Shown here one piece after another: positions 38,234 through 47,471 of a stretch of DNA of 64,000 bases. How positions within the stretch are numbered: position 1 is the first letter of the stretch; every line of letters begins with the position of its first letter. Under the pieces are notes generated by a model, which saw only the letters and a list, made by a program, of their open reading frames with translations, was not told the DNA's origin and searched no databases. Source of the stretch: Chitinophagales bacterium (GTDB lineage: Bacteria > Bacteroidota > Bacteroidia > Chitinophagales > LD1); the NCBI GenBank assembly GCA_035299425.1, contig DATGWP010000167.1:17155-81154 (forward strand). The letters run 5' to 3'. Made by a program: the position numbers and the translations under genes.

Positions 38234-38731
38234 CTACTTCTCTACCAGCGCTATATCTTCTTCTTTGTAGAACTTTCTTTCTGCCCAGTTAAACCGCTCC
38301 CAGTAAAGGTTTTCATCCATAGCAAACTTGCCGGTTAGAGAATCTGCAACTATTCTTTCTTCGTCAGAAAAAGCGTCAGATTTAACCGACTGCAAAAAAG
38401 GGCCGTGTTCTTTTTCAAGTGTCTTTTTGTAAAAGGTTAATAGCTCTTTGGAGTATACTTGTAAGGTGGTATCGCCTTCAAAATCTTTCATCTCCTCTAT
38501 TTTGACCAGAGTTTCGTTAACCATGGTTAAATACTTCTGTTGCGACTGCAAGGCGCGGTTTTTTTCGTAACTCTGCAACGCATCACCATATTCCAGCGAG
38601 TTGTCTATCACAGCCTGCACCTTTTGCAAGATGGTATCACGGTACTCTTTGGCACGTTTTTCCTTCAAATGGCAGCTACTGAGCGCTAATGTTAACAAAC
38701 AGGCAGAAAAAAGGACAGCTATAGCTCTCAT
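38234..38731 (-). CDS. Hypothetical alpha-helical lipoprotein (ORF track start 38752)
   Basis: Lipobox LALSSC after a hydrophobic core; charged amphipathic body. Confidence 0.75.
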   Translation of the reverse strand: MRAIAVLFSACLLTLALSSCHLKEKRAKEYRDTILQKVQAVIDNSLEYGDALQSYEKNRALQSQQKYLTMVNETLVKIEEMKDFEGDTTLQVYSKELLTFYKKTLEKEHGPFLQSVKSDAFSDEERIVADSLTGKFAMDENLYWERFNWAERKFYKEEDIALVEK

Positions 38732-38822
38732 GTTAAATGTTTTAGGGTTCAAAATACCTTTTTGAAATTGTTACGTATAATATTTACTACCTTAAGTATA
38801 GTCAAATCTACCGAATATAAAA

Positions 38823-41800
38823 TTGCTGTGGTTTAGAAAAATATCGCTTCTGTGCATGGTATTGCTGGCAAGTGCTGGTGCCAGAGCTTCCGCCCATTGG
38901 GAGGGTGATTCTGCAACTGACCTGTATGAATCTGAAAAAAACATCCTGCTACAGCGTATAAATTTTGAAAAAAGCCGTATTGCAAATGATTACCGCAGTG
39001 CCGACAGTCGCCTTTTTGTGCTGGTAGATAGCCTGACCCAATTTATACAAGAACAAAATGTAATAGCTGCCAGGCGCAACCTTTACCTTACCCGGCTACA
39101 GGTATTTCTTTCCAATATCAACCGCTATTACTCCGATAGCTATCTCAAGTCGGGTACTTACCTGGCTGTACTTAGCTATTACCCCCTTATGATAGAGTGG
39201 GACCAACAGGATGAGCTGCAGCGGAATATAAAACGGTACTCTGCCTTTTCGATAAAGGCAGTACGCCTTATACCGAGCGATACAATTGCCGAAGACTTTT
39301 TGACAGATTACCTAAAAGATCATCCTGACGACATTTTTCGATACACTGAGGAGTTTGATGATCGGCGTTTTGCTTTGCGCATGCTAGAGAAAGCCACCAA
39401 GCTTTCTCCCGAATCGGCAAAGCGCTATTATACCAGCCCCGGCCCTGTAAATAACCTGCTACGCCAAAGCAAAGATTTATTTGTGCGTAAATCGTTTGAA
39501 ATTTATGCCCGCTTTGGCCAAAAATCGCGGGCGTACCTGCTGCTTGATAAAATTGTGAGCGGTAATATGAGTGTAGAGACAGCCGACTCTATTGGCAACA
39601 AGCCCGACCAATTGTTTCGTATGCTGGTGCAGATGTCGATGCAGTACGAAAGCAACGTTACGTTCTCCATCTACAGATATTTGAATACCTACAGTGTAGA
39701 TGCTATGCGTAAAATAAACCAGGATGCGCTGAATGCCGCTTACTCGTTTGAATCGTTTAAAAACCGCAGCCCCGAAGAAATGTTTGTGCTGCTTAGCTAT
39801 GGCTATAAAGAAACCACAGCCAAAAACTTTCAGGTATTGCTGGATATTTTAAAGAAAAAATCTACCGATATACCTATCAGCAGCGTAATGATAACCTCGC
39901 TGGACAAACAAAAACTGAAAGACCTTATCATCCATTGTGATAAGAACATGATGCTGGATAAAATACTGGGATTGGTAGATGATGAAAAGAAAGATTACTT
40001 GCTGGCCCTATCATCGCTTGAAGAAAAAGAAAACCTATTTCCCCCATTCCGCACTTTTGCTAAAGATAACCCTCTTACCAATAATGAGCCCGAAGACCGG
40101 GCAATTAATGAAATGGCAAAAGTTCCACCATCAAAGCCCGTTTCGCCCGATACTACCGATGATGATACCCCTATTGCACGGCCCGAAAAAATGAAAGAAT
40201 GGGTGGAGCCTAAAAAAATACAGGCTGTATCGGGCAGTTCGCCGGCTGCACCGGTGGCTGTTACATCGGCGGAGGAGTCGGCGGATATTGTGGCTGTTCC
40301 TGTTCCCGAACCAGAGCCTGCGCCGGAGCCGGTAAATATCATACTGGACGACCGTACACGAACCATTATTGCGCTGAAGAAAAACATATTAAATACACTT
40401 CATAATTTCCCTTCATTTATAGAGAAGGATTATTGCGAAGAGATATTAACCTATGCTGCGCAGAAAGAGCCCGACGAGCTTTTTAAAAAAATAGACAGCT
40501 ATAAGCACAAACGTTTCAGCCTTAAGATTCTGGAACTGTGTGCCATTAATGCACCCTTATCGGTAAAGCGATATTTGTATAACAACACCCACCCCGTAAA
40601 CTATATACTGCAATACAGCAAAAACACGCTGGTTAAAAAGATACTTGAAATAAATCCTCAACTAGGTTATCACAGCAAGCCTCTTTTGTTGCTGGATGAA
40701 ATTGTAAAAAACGGCATGTCTCCCCAGGAAGCAATTTACATCAGCAATGACCCCAACAAGTTGTTTAGCGCTATGGCCAAAATCATTTCGCGGTCAGACT
40801 ACGTAGGTGGCTATAGCATAAACCGGGAAATGCGCGATTACAGCTTGCGCTTTATACGCGAGATAAATGATAAGATTGCTACCGGTGGCACGCAACCCTT
40901 TTATTCAGTAGAAGGTTTTGGCAGCGCCGAATTGTATTTCCTTATGCTCTACGGAAGGGATGAAGTATTTACATCTACTTTTAATGGTTTGTTTAACCGG
41001 TTTATGCAAAAGCTGCCCAACAACGATGGAGATGATTTTTTGCGCTCGGTTAACCATAACCAATTCCGCGATTTTATTTCGCTGTGCTCCAACTTTGGCA
41101 CCATAAAAGATTTTCTCGCCAAATTCTCACCACAGGCAAAAAATGATTTATTCCTGGCTTACACCTCTAACCTGGAAAAACAACAGGATAATTTATCGGG
41201 TATAATTCTAATCGCCGAATCATTATCCAACATTAATGACAACCAACTGCTCACCTTACTTCAATCAAATATTAAAAGCGAGTACGACCGCGTAAGGCGC
41301 GATAGCAACCAGGTAGGCATATCTATTTACGGCGTACTGTCCAGCATGATATCGGGCAATGCCAAAACAGAAACGAGTTGGTATAAAACGGTTTCAAGGC
41401 AGTTTAAAATATCCCCGGTAGCTTCACTGGCATCTACGGCCTTGTTTAATAATAGCGGCACCTGTATAGAGCAGATGTATTTTTATAATGACGATGATGG
41501 GCGCAGCTCTTATATTAACTTTATAAATACCTATAAAAATCAAAGTGCCTGGGTGGTAGAAGACCGCAATAGTTATGTGCGCATTTATTCGCAACAAGGC
41601 AAGCTGGTAGAAATATTTGCCAATAAACCCGAATTTGAAGAAAACGGCATAAGCGCTATAGATGCCTACTTTAAAGAGAAGAACTATACTCCCACGGTTA
41701 TTGTACACCGGGGCCACAGCTTTCATACAGAATCTACTCTTGAAAAAGTACCTTCATCGGCCCGGCTAATATTTGTAGGCTCGTGCGGCGGCTTTTACAA

Positions 41801-42059
41801 ACTACCTATTGCGTTGGAAAATGCTCCTGAAGCGCATATTATTTCTACCAAACAAATTGGCACAAAAACAGTTAACGACGCTATGATTTACTCGCTGAAT
41901 GAGAACATTCGCAATGGTAAGGATATAGTGTGGAATGACTTTTGGGATAAAATGCGCGATAAGCTTAGCAGCAACCAGTATTTTGGTGATTACATACCCC
42001 CTAACAAAAACCTGGGCGCAATATTTATAAGAGCGTACTATAAAATACTTGGTGTGTAA
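38823..42059 (+). CDS. Large secreted hypothetical protein with duplicated helical domain and C-terminal HRGHS/GSCGG putative His-Cys peptidase domain
   Basis: Signal peptide (...ASAGARASA); internal repeat; Pro/Glu linker PVPEPEPAPEP; VHRGHSFH and IFVGSCGG. Confidence 0.75.
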   Translation: MLWFRKISLLCMVLLASAGARASAHWEGDSATDLYESEKNILLQRINFEKSRIANDYRSADSRLFVLVDSLTQFIQEQNVIAARRNLYLTRLQVFLSNINRYYSDSYLKSGTYLAVLSYYPLMIEWDQQDELQRNIKRYSAFSIKAVRLIPSDTIAEDFLTDYLKDHPDDIFRYTEEFDDRRFALRMLEKATKLSPESAKRYYTSPGPVNNLLRQSKDLFVRKSFEIYARFGQKSRAYLLLDKIVSGNMSVETADSIGNKPDQLFRMLVQMSMQYESNVTFSIYRYLNTYSVDAMRKINQDALNAAYSFESFKNRSPEEMFVLLSYGYKETTAKNFQVLLDILKKKSTDIPISSVMITSLDKQKLKDLIIHCDKNMMLDKILGLVDDEKKDYLLALSSLEEKENLFPPFRTFAKDNPLTNNEPEDRAINEMAKVPPSKPVSPDTTDDDTPIARPEKMKEWVEPKKIQAVSGSSPAAPVAVTSAEESADIVAVPVPEPEPAPEPVNIILDDRTRTIIALKKNILNTLHNFPSFIEKDYCEEILTYAAQKEPDELFKKIDSYKHKRFSLKILELCAINAPLSVKRYLYNNTHPVNYILQYSKNTLVKKILEINPQLGYHSKPLLLLDEIVKNGMSPQEAIYISNDPNKLFSAMAKIISRSDYVGGYSINREMRDYSLRFIREINDKIATGGTQPFYSVEGFGSAELYFLMLYGRDEVFTSTFNGLFNRFMQKLPNNDGDDFLRSVNHNQFRDFISLCSNFGTIKDFLAKFSPQAKNDLFLAYTSNLEKQQDNLSGIILIAESLSNINDNQLLTLLQSNIKSEYDRVRRDSNQVGISIYGVLSSMISGNAKTETSWYKTVSRQFKISPVASLASTALFNNSGTCIEQMYFYNDDDGRSSYINFINTYKNQSAWVVEDRNSYVRIYSQQGKLVEIFANKPEFEENGISAIDAYFKEKNYTPTVIVHRGHSFHTESTLEKVPSSARLIFVGSCGGFYKLPIALENAPEAHIISTKQIGTKTVNDAMIYSLNENIRNGKDIVWNDFWDKMRDKLSSNQYFGDYIPPNKNLGAIFIRAYYKILGV

Positions 42060-44225
42060 ATGAAGAAGTTGAACCCACAGATGACTATTAACCTGGCGCT
42101 TAAGGCTTTGAATACCGCCAGCAGATTGCTGCTATTGCCGGTGTTGCTGCTTTGGTTTGCCACAGCAGTTTACGCATCGCCAAAAGATTCTACCGTTAGC
42201 AACATTAAGAAAGCTGATTACTACATAGATGATTACCAGGATAAAATTGACCTGTTTGACGATGTACGTGATGGTAAAGTTGATTTAGGCGACAGCGCCC
42301 TTACAGCCTATGCAGGTAGGGTTTATTTTAAAATGATAGATTCTATTCAGAGGCTGGTTGAGCACCCTAAATTTGAAGAAGCACGCAGAAAGCCTATACG
42401 CGAGACTGTGTATTTGCAAATGCGCCGCATTAACAGCCGTACCATTTTTAATGTAAAACGTTTTGATGCTATTTTCAGATTTATGCAAGGCGAGCTAAAT
42501 GCCATACACCAAAACAAACTGAATAATTACCTGCAATCAAATATCCGGATGTCGTTCAATACGCTGGGTATTTTTAAAAATGAAAGCTGTGCCGATTCAT
42601 TCCTGGTATTTGCGGCACAATACCGGCCCGATCTTGTGTTTAGCAGCTTTGAGTTATATTCATCCAAGCCTTATGCTTTGCATGTATTAGAAGAGGCTAC
42701 TAAGATTGACCCGGTAAAAGTTAAACGCTACTTTAACCCCAAAGATGAAATTTATAAGGCTTTGCTTACCAGTAACGATACTGCCGTAAAAGTTATACTG
42801 CGGATAAAAGACAAGTACAGCCGAAAGTCGAATGCCTTTACCCTGATAGATGATATTGTCCACGGCTATACTACTATAGAAAAAGCCGACGCTACAGGCA
42901 ACAACCCGCAAAAATACCTGCGTGCTATGCTAACCATAAGGGCCCGTAAAAACCCGCTGGCAGCGCGTTCGTTAGAAGACGAATTACAGATATATGCCCT
43001 TAAATTTGTGCGCGTAATAAACGACCTGCATAACGAAAAAGATGAGGTTCGGTTTGCAAGCATAGAAGATTTTAGCGCCCAGGAGATGTATACCCTGATG
43101 GTGTACAGCGAGGAGGAAATTTTTACCTCCACCTTCAACGGTTTGTTTAACCGCATGATGGTAAAGATGGGCGATCAAAGCGGCTTCGATTTTTTGAAAA
43201 GTGTTGGCGATAATAAGTTCCGGACGTTTATTAAAATGTGTGCCGGCTTTGGCAAACTGGGCGAATTTTTAGGCACTATGAGCCAGCTGCACCAGCAAAT
43301 GCTGATGGTAAAGTTTGCTACCGGGCTTGAACAGTACAACGATCTTTCGCAGGCGGTGGAGGTGGCCGACGCTTTTGGCAGCATTACCGACTCACTGGTA
43401 TTGCGTATACTGCGGGGCACTATTAAATACGAATATGTACGCCTGAATGCAAAGCATGACCACCGTGGCATGGCATTATATGGCCTCTTCTCTAATCTGT
43501 TTGTAGATAAAAATGTAAACAGTTCGAGTTGGTTTTCGTCGGTTTCTAAACAATATGCTTTACCCGCATTCGACCGTATTAAAAACGAAAAGCTATTTGC
43601 ACACGACAGCATAAACCGCTGGCAGATATATTTTTATGATGATGAAGATGGGGAAGCATCTTTTGCCGCCTTCCGCAAAACATTTACCGACTCCAACTGG
43701 GCTGTAATAGACTCGGGTAAATACATTATTATAAAATCGAAAAAGGGCATGGCCGTAAATATTTACGCCAACAAACCTAAAGATGAATATGAGGGCCAGG
43801 CCGAGGTAGAAAAAGTGTTTGCCGATAATTTTTATGAGCCGAACGTGCTCGTACACCGCGGCCATAGCTACTACGCTCCTAAAACAATTGATAAGATAAA
43901 AGATGAAACGCAGATTTTTGTACTAGGCTCGTGCGGCGGTTATCATAGCATTTCGACCATTATCGAAAAATCGTCGGAGGCCAGCATTATATCCAGCAAG
44001 CAGATAGGTACTATGTTTGTAAACAATCCCATGCTGAAGCTAATGGCAGGCTATATAAATAAAGGAGAGGATGTAGAGTGGCAAAAGCTGTGGGATGATT
44101 TGGAAGTAAGCGTCAAAAGCAATCCTAAAGCATACGAACGTTTTCTTGATTACATACCGCCGCATAAAAATCTGGGGGCTATATTTATAAAGACTTATAA
44201 CCGCATGATAGAGCAGCAAAACTAG
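42060..44225 (+). CDS. Secreted hypothetical protein, paralog of 38823-42059 (one helical domain plus HRGHS/GSCGG domain)
   Basis: Signal peptide (...WFATAVYAS); EEIFTSTFNGLFNR vs DEVFTSTFNGLFNR; VHRGHSYY, VLGSCGG, YIPPHKNLGAIFI vs YIPPNKNLGAIFI. Confidence 0.75.
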   Translation: MKKLNPQMTINLALKALNTASRLLLLPVLLLWFATAVYASPKDSTVSNIKKADYYIDDYQDKIDLFDDVRDGKVDLGDSALTAYAGRVYFKMIDSIQRLVEHPKFEEARRKPIRETVYLQMRRINSRTIFNVKRFDAIFRFMQGELNAIHQNKLNNYLQSNIRMSFNTLGIFKNESCADSFLVFAAQYRPDLVFSSFELYSSKPYALHVLEEATKIDPVKVKRYFNPKDEIYKALLTSNDTAVKVILRIKDKYSRKSNAFTLIDDIVHGYTTIEKADATGNNPQKYLRAMLTIRARKNPLAARSLEDELQIYALKFVRVINDLHNEKDEVRFASIEDFSAQEMYTLMVYSEEEIFTSTFNGLFNRMMVKMGDQSGFDFLKSVGDNKFRTFIKMCAGFGKLGEFLGTMSQLHQQMLMVKFATGLEQYNDLSQAVEVADAFGSITDSLVLRILRGTIKYEYVRLNAKHDHRGMALYGLFSNLFVDKNVNSSSWFSSVSKQYALPAFDRIKNEKLFAHDSINRWQIYFYDDEDGEASFAAFRKTFTDSNWAVIDSGKYIIIKSKKGMAVNIYANKPKDEYEGQAEVEKVFADNFYEPNVLVHRGHSYYAPKTIDKIKDETQIFVLGSCGGYHSISTIIEKSSEASIISSKQIGTMFVNNPMLKLMAGYINKGEDVEWQKLWDDLEVSVKSNPKAYERFLDYIPPHKNLGAIFIKTYNRMIEQQN

Positions 44226-44293
44226 CCCGGGCACAAATCCGGCACTGCTTGCTATACATATTTAGCACCGGCACATAACCATTAAAAAAACAT

Positions 44294-44983
44294 ATGGCAT
44301 CAGTTGTTATAAAAAAGGAAACGCTACGTTTTTTACAATCCCTTAGCAAGAACAACAACCGCGAATGGTTTGCTGCGCATAAAAACAACTATACCACTGC
44401 GCACGAAAACATGATTGCATTTGCCCATGCCCTGTTACTGCAAATGGAAAAACACGATAAGATTGAAACGCCATCGGGCCGGCAAAGCCTGCACCGTATA
44501 TACCGCGATATACGCTTTAGCAAAGATAAAACACCTTATAACACCCACTGGGGTGGCGGGTTTATGCGCGCTACTAAACTACTGCGCGGCAGCTATTACT
44601 TCCATATAGAGCCGGGCCGGTCATTTATATCGGGTGGGTTTTGGGGGCCTAATGCTGAGGATATGAAACGCATACGAGAAGATATAGACACCAACCACGA
44701 TGCATGGCGCAAACTGCTTAATAGCAAAACACTTCAACAAACATTTGGTGTCTTAAACGGAGCACAGCTAAGCAGCGCCCCACGTGGCTATGCAAAAGAC
44801 CACCCGGCTATAGATTTACTGCGCTACAAACAGTTCAGACTAGTGCATACATTTACTGATGAAGATGTGCTTAGCCCGGGTTTTATAAGCATGGTAAACG
44901 ATACGTTTAAAAAAATGCGCCCTTTTCTTAACCACATGAGCGAGGTGCTTACTACCGATGCCAATGGGGAATTGCTGGTGTAA
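44294..44983 (+). CDS. DUF2461 family protein (TIGR02453-like)
   Basis: LSKNNNREWF, RIYRDIRFSKDKTPY, YYFHIEPG, PRGYAKDHPAIDLLRYK. Confidence 0.9.
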   Translation: MASVVIKKETLRFLQSLSKNNNREWFAAHKNNYTTAHENMIAFAHALLLQMEKHDKIETPSGRQSLHRIYRDIRFSKDKTPYNTHWGGGFMRATKLLRGSYYFHIEPGRSFISGGFWGPNAEDMKRIREDIDTNHDAWRKLLNSKTLQQTFGVLNGAQLSSAPRGYAKDHPAIDLLRYKQFRLVHTFTDEDVLSPGFISMVNDTFKKMRPFLNHMSEVLTTDANGELLV

Positions 44984-45028
44984 TTAAAACCATCAGTCCA
45001 TACTATCCAAAAGCAAACATAGGATGAC

Positions 45029-45058
45029 AAAAAAGCCCCGCTGTTTCCAGCGGGGCTT
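45029..45058 (-). terminator. Intrinsic terminator of the OmpA-family gene (may also act on the + strand)
   Basis: AAGCCCCGCTG-TTTC-CAGCGGGGCTT with an A6 run giving a U-tract on the minus strand. Confidence 0.85.
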
Positions 45059-45080
45059 ATGCTTAGTTTAAGTGGTGTTA

Positions 45081-47282
45081 CTATTTATTAGAGCCTGCCT
45101 TTAAGCCCGGGTGTGGGGCAGGTGGGTTGCTATCGCCGCCTTCGCCATCGTTAGCATATCGGAACTCAACCTTGTTCTTCATCTTCTTCTCGTAAGGCGT
45201 ACCCTCGGCTGCCTTTTTACCGCCCTGGTATTTCACAATAAACCTGTCGCGGCTTATACCGTACTTTTCCACCATGTAATCTACGGCGGCGTTGGCACGG
45301 TTCCAGGCCAACTGCTCGTTAAATTTCTGGTCGTTCTTAGATTCATCGTAACCGGTAACCACTACCTTCATATCAGGGCACATTTGCATGCGCTCCGCAA
45401 TCTGGTGCAGATTGCCATAGTATTGAGGGTCTATATAGTATTTATCAGCATCAAATATTACGCTTGGCAATTCTATTTTGCTGCAATCGTAGTTACCACC
45501 GCCTGCACCGCGGCGTTTTCCGCCAGTAGCACCAGCACCACCTACACCGTTAGTGCCATCTGTACCATCGGTTCCATCCAAGCCTTCGCCGTTACCAAAG
45601 CCGGTTGTATCGCAGCATGGGTTAGGTGGAATAATAGCCGCACCATTCGAGTCGATAGGGAATCCCGGTGGAGAGAATGGTTCTTTATCCAAACAATCTA
45701 TTATGCCATCCTTATCGCTATCCAGCGCTACACCGTGTGTATCAACCGGGCAATCTTTCTTGGTATTAGGTTCTTTATCCAATGCATTGATTACACCATC
45801 GCCGTCATCATCCTTCAATATATCGTCGGCCACGCCCTTAGGATCTACCTCACCCAATTTACGATAGGTGTGATACATTGGGTTAAGCCAATACATCGGC
45901 TCTGTTCTGTTTTTGCCCACGTGGAAATTAAGTGTAATGGCTGTGTAAGAGATATTATCGTTACTGCGGGTAAAGCCCGAGTGCTCATCCTGCTGCCAAC
46001 GGTAACCATCCAGCAAATCGCTGCCGGTAAATATCATACGCTCTTCAAGACCTATGCTCATGAATTTAGCTACGTGAAACTGAACACCTATACCCACAGT
46101 ACCTGCCGGTATAAACTGCCATTGTTTAAAACCTGTAGCGTTGTTTTCGTGCTCCGCATTCGATTCGTACTTGCCATCCAAAATACCGTTGAGCAACTTT
46201 AAAGATTGCTTTCTTCTATCCAAACGCTCATTTACTACCGGGCCATTAGGATTATTGTTTGCCGGGTTAACGTATAAATCATGCACGGATGAAAAATCGT
46301 ACACATTACCATTAGCATCCAGAGCATCCATTTTTGTTCTGAATAAAAAGCCGTCAACTCCTGCTACTACGTAAAAATTACAGATGTTTCTTTCTTTATG
46401 AAAACGAACATTGCCCAGGTTAAGCACTGCGCCAAAGTGCGCCTCGTGGACATAAGTTCGGTAGTTGTAAAAAAATACCTTATTCATGTTCAGATTCTTC
46501 TCGGTGCTGGCAGCTACCAGGTTAGGGTTATTCCAGTAGTTTACACGCGTGTCATATTCGCCGTGCAAAGCGCGGTTAAAAGCCAGGTTAGCATCCGGCT
46601 CCCAGTTTCTTCCGGTCATCATCATAAAATTGTAACCGCCACGTAATGAAATAGTGTAACCTAATGCTTTGCGTATAGTAAATCCGGCTCCAATGTTTTG
46701 TGTTAAGCCCTTTATACTTACAAATGGTTTAACGTCACCACTCAATAAGGCTACACCAAAGTTAACACCTATCTCCCATTGATCTTTAGGCCTGGCCGGA
46801 AAAGCGTACTGGCGCGCTAAATATGACTGCTGTTGCTTGGTTTTTTGTTTGCCTTTTTGAAAAGCAGCTGAATCTAAATCATACCGCGGTTGCAATGGTG
46901 TAGAAATTTCTTTGCGACGGTAGAAATTAAAATTCTTCGACTCCATATCCGGCTTCAAAAACTGAAGTTGGTTTTGACTGTCTTTACCTTTTACAGTATC
47001 ATTTTTAGCGTCTATATTTGCAGTTTTTTCAGCGCTTCCGCCTTTCACACTCTTATCCTTTGCATCGCTTTTGCTATCCTTATCTTTAGACTTGCTATCT
47101 TTAGTAGATTTATTTTTAGAAGTCTCCTTGTCTGCTTTCTTGGCATCCTTCTCCTTAGCAGGTTTGGATGCTGTAGTTTTAGCAGGCTCCTTCTTTTTGG
47201 ATGACGAATTGTTTTGAGCATGCGTAGCCATAGCTGCATTCAAAAACACAAATACCAGGAGTAGTTTTGTAAATTTTCCCAT
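45081..47282 (-). CDS. OmpA-family outer-membrane protein (Lys-rich N-terminus, beta-barrel, TSP3-like Ca-binding repeats, OmpA-like C-domain); ORF track start 47375
   Basis: Signal peptide MGKFTKLL...ATHAQ; WEIGVNFG; DDDGDGVINALD, DSDKDGIIDCLD; VIFDADK...QLAWNRANAAVDYMVEKYGISRDR. Confidence 0.82.
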   Translation of the reverse strand: MGKFTKLLLVFVFLNAAMATHAQNNSSSKKKEPAKTTASKPAKEKDAKKADKETSKNKSTKDSKSKDKDSKSDAKDKSVKGGSAEKTANIDAKNDTVKGKDSQNQLQFLKPDMESKNFNFYRRKEISTPLQPRYDLDSAAFQKGKQKTKQQQSYLARQYAFPARPKDQWEIGVNFGVALLSGDVKPFVSIKGLTQNIGAGFTIRKALGYTISLRGGYNFMMMTGRNWEPDANLAFNRALHGEYDTRVNYWNNPNLVAASTEKNLNMNKVFFYNYRTYVHEAHFGAVLNLGNVRFHKERNICNFYVVAGVDGFLFRTKMDALDANGNVYDFSSVHDLYVNPANNNPNGPVVNERLDRRKQSLKLLNGILDGKYESNAEHENNATGFKQWQFIPAGTVGIGVQFHVAKFMSIGLEERMIFTGSDLLDGYRWQQDEHSGFTRSNDNISYTAITLNFHVGKNRTEPMYWLNPMYHTYRKLGEVDPKGVADDILKDDDGDGVINALDKEPNTKKDCPVDTHGVALDSDKDGIIDCLDKEPFSPPGFPIDSNGAAIIPPNPCCDTTGFGNGEGLDGTDGTDGTNGVGGAGATGGKRRGAGGGNYDCSKIELPSVIFDADKYYIDPQYYGNLHQIAERMQMCPDMKVVVTGYDESKNDQKFNEQLAWNRANAAVDYMVEKYGISRDRFIVKYQGGKKAAEGTPYEKKMKNKVEFRYANDGEGGDSNPPAPHPGLKAGSNK

Positions 47283-47471
47283 AGTCAAAACGTTAATTAA
47301 TTCCCATCTACAATTTACAAGAATGACAAACACGCCGGAATGCCGGCACACCGTCAAATCCCCGTAGGTCGGCAAATTAAATTAAATTTTGTGAATGCAG
47401 GAAAAAAAGACGAATAATATGCATTCGATAATTTTAAAGAAATTATGAGACAACCAAGGGTTAATCTGCTC

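Noticed and set aside
45111-46202. 363-aa ORF antisense to the OmpA-family gene
   Set aside because: It lies fully opposite a well-supported gene, has no recognisable motif and has shadow-ORF composition.
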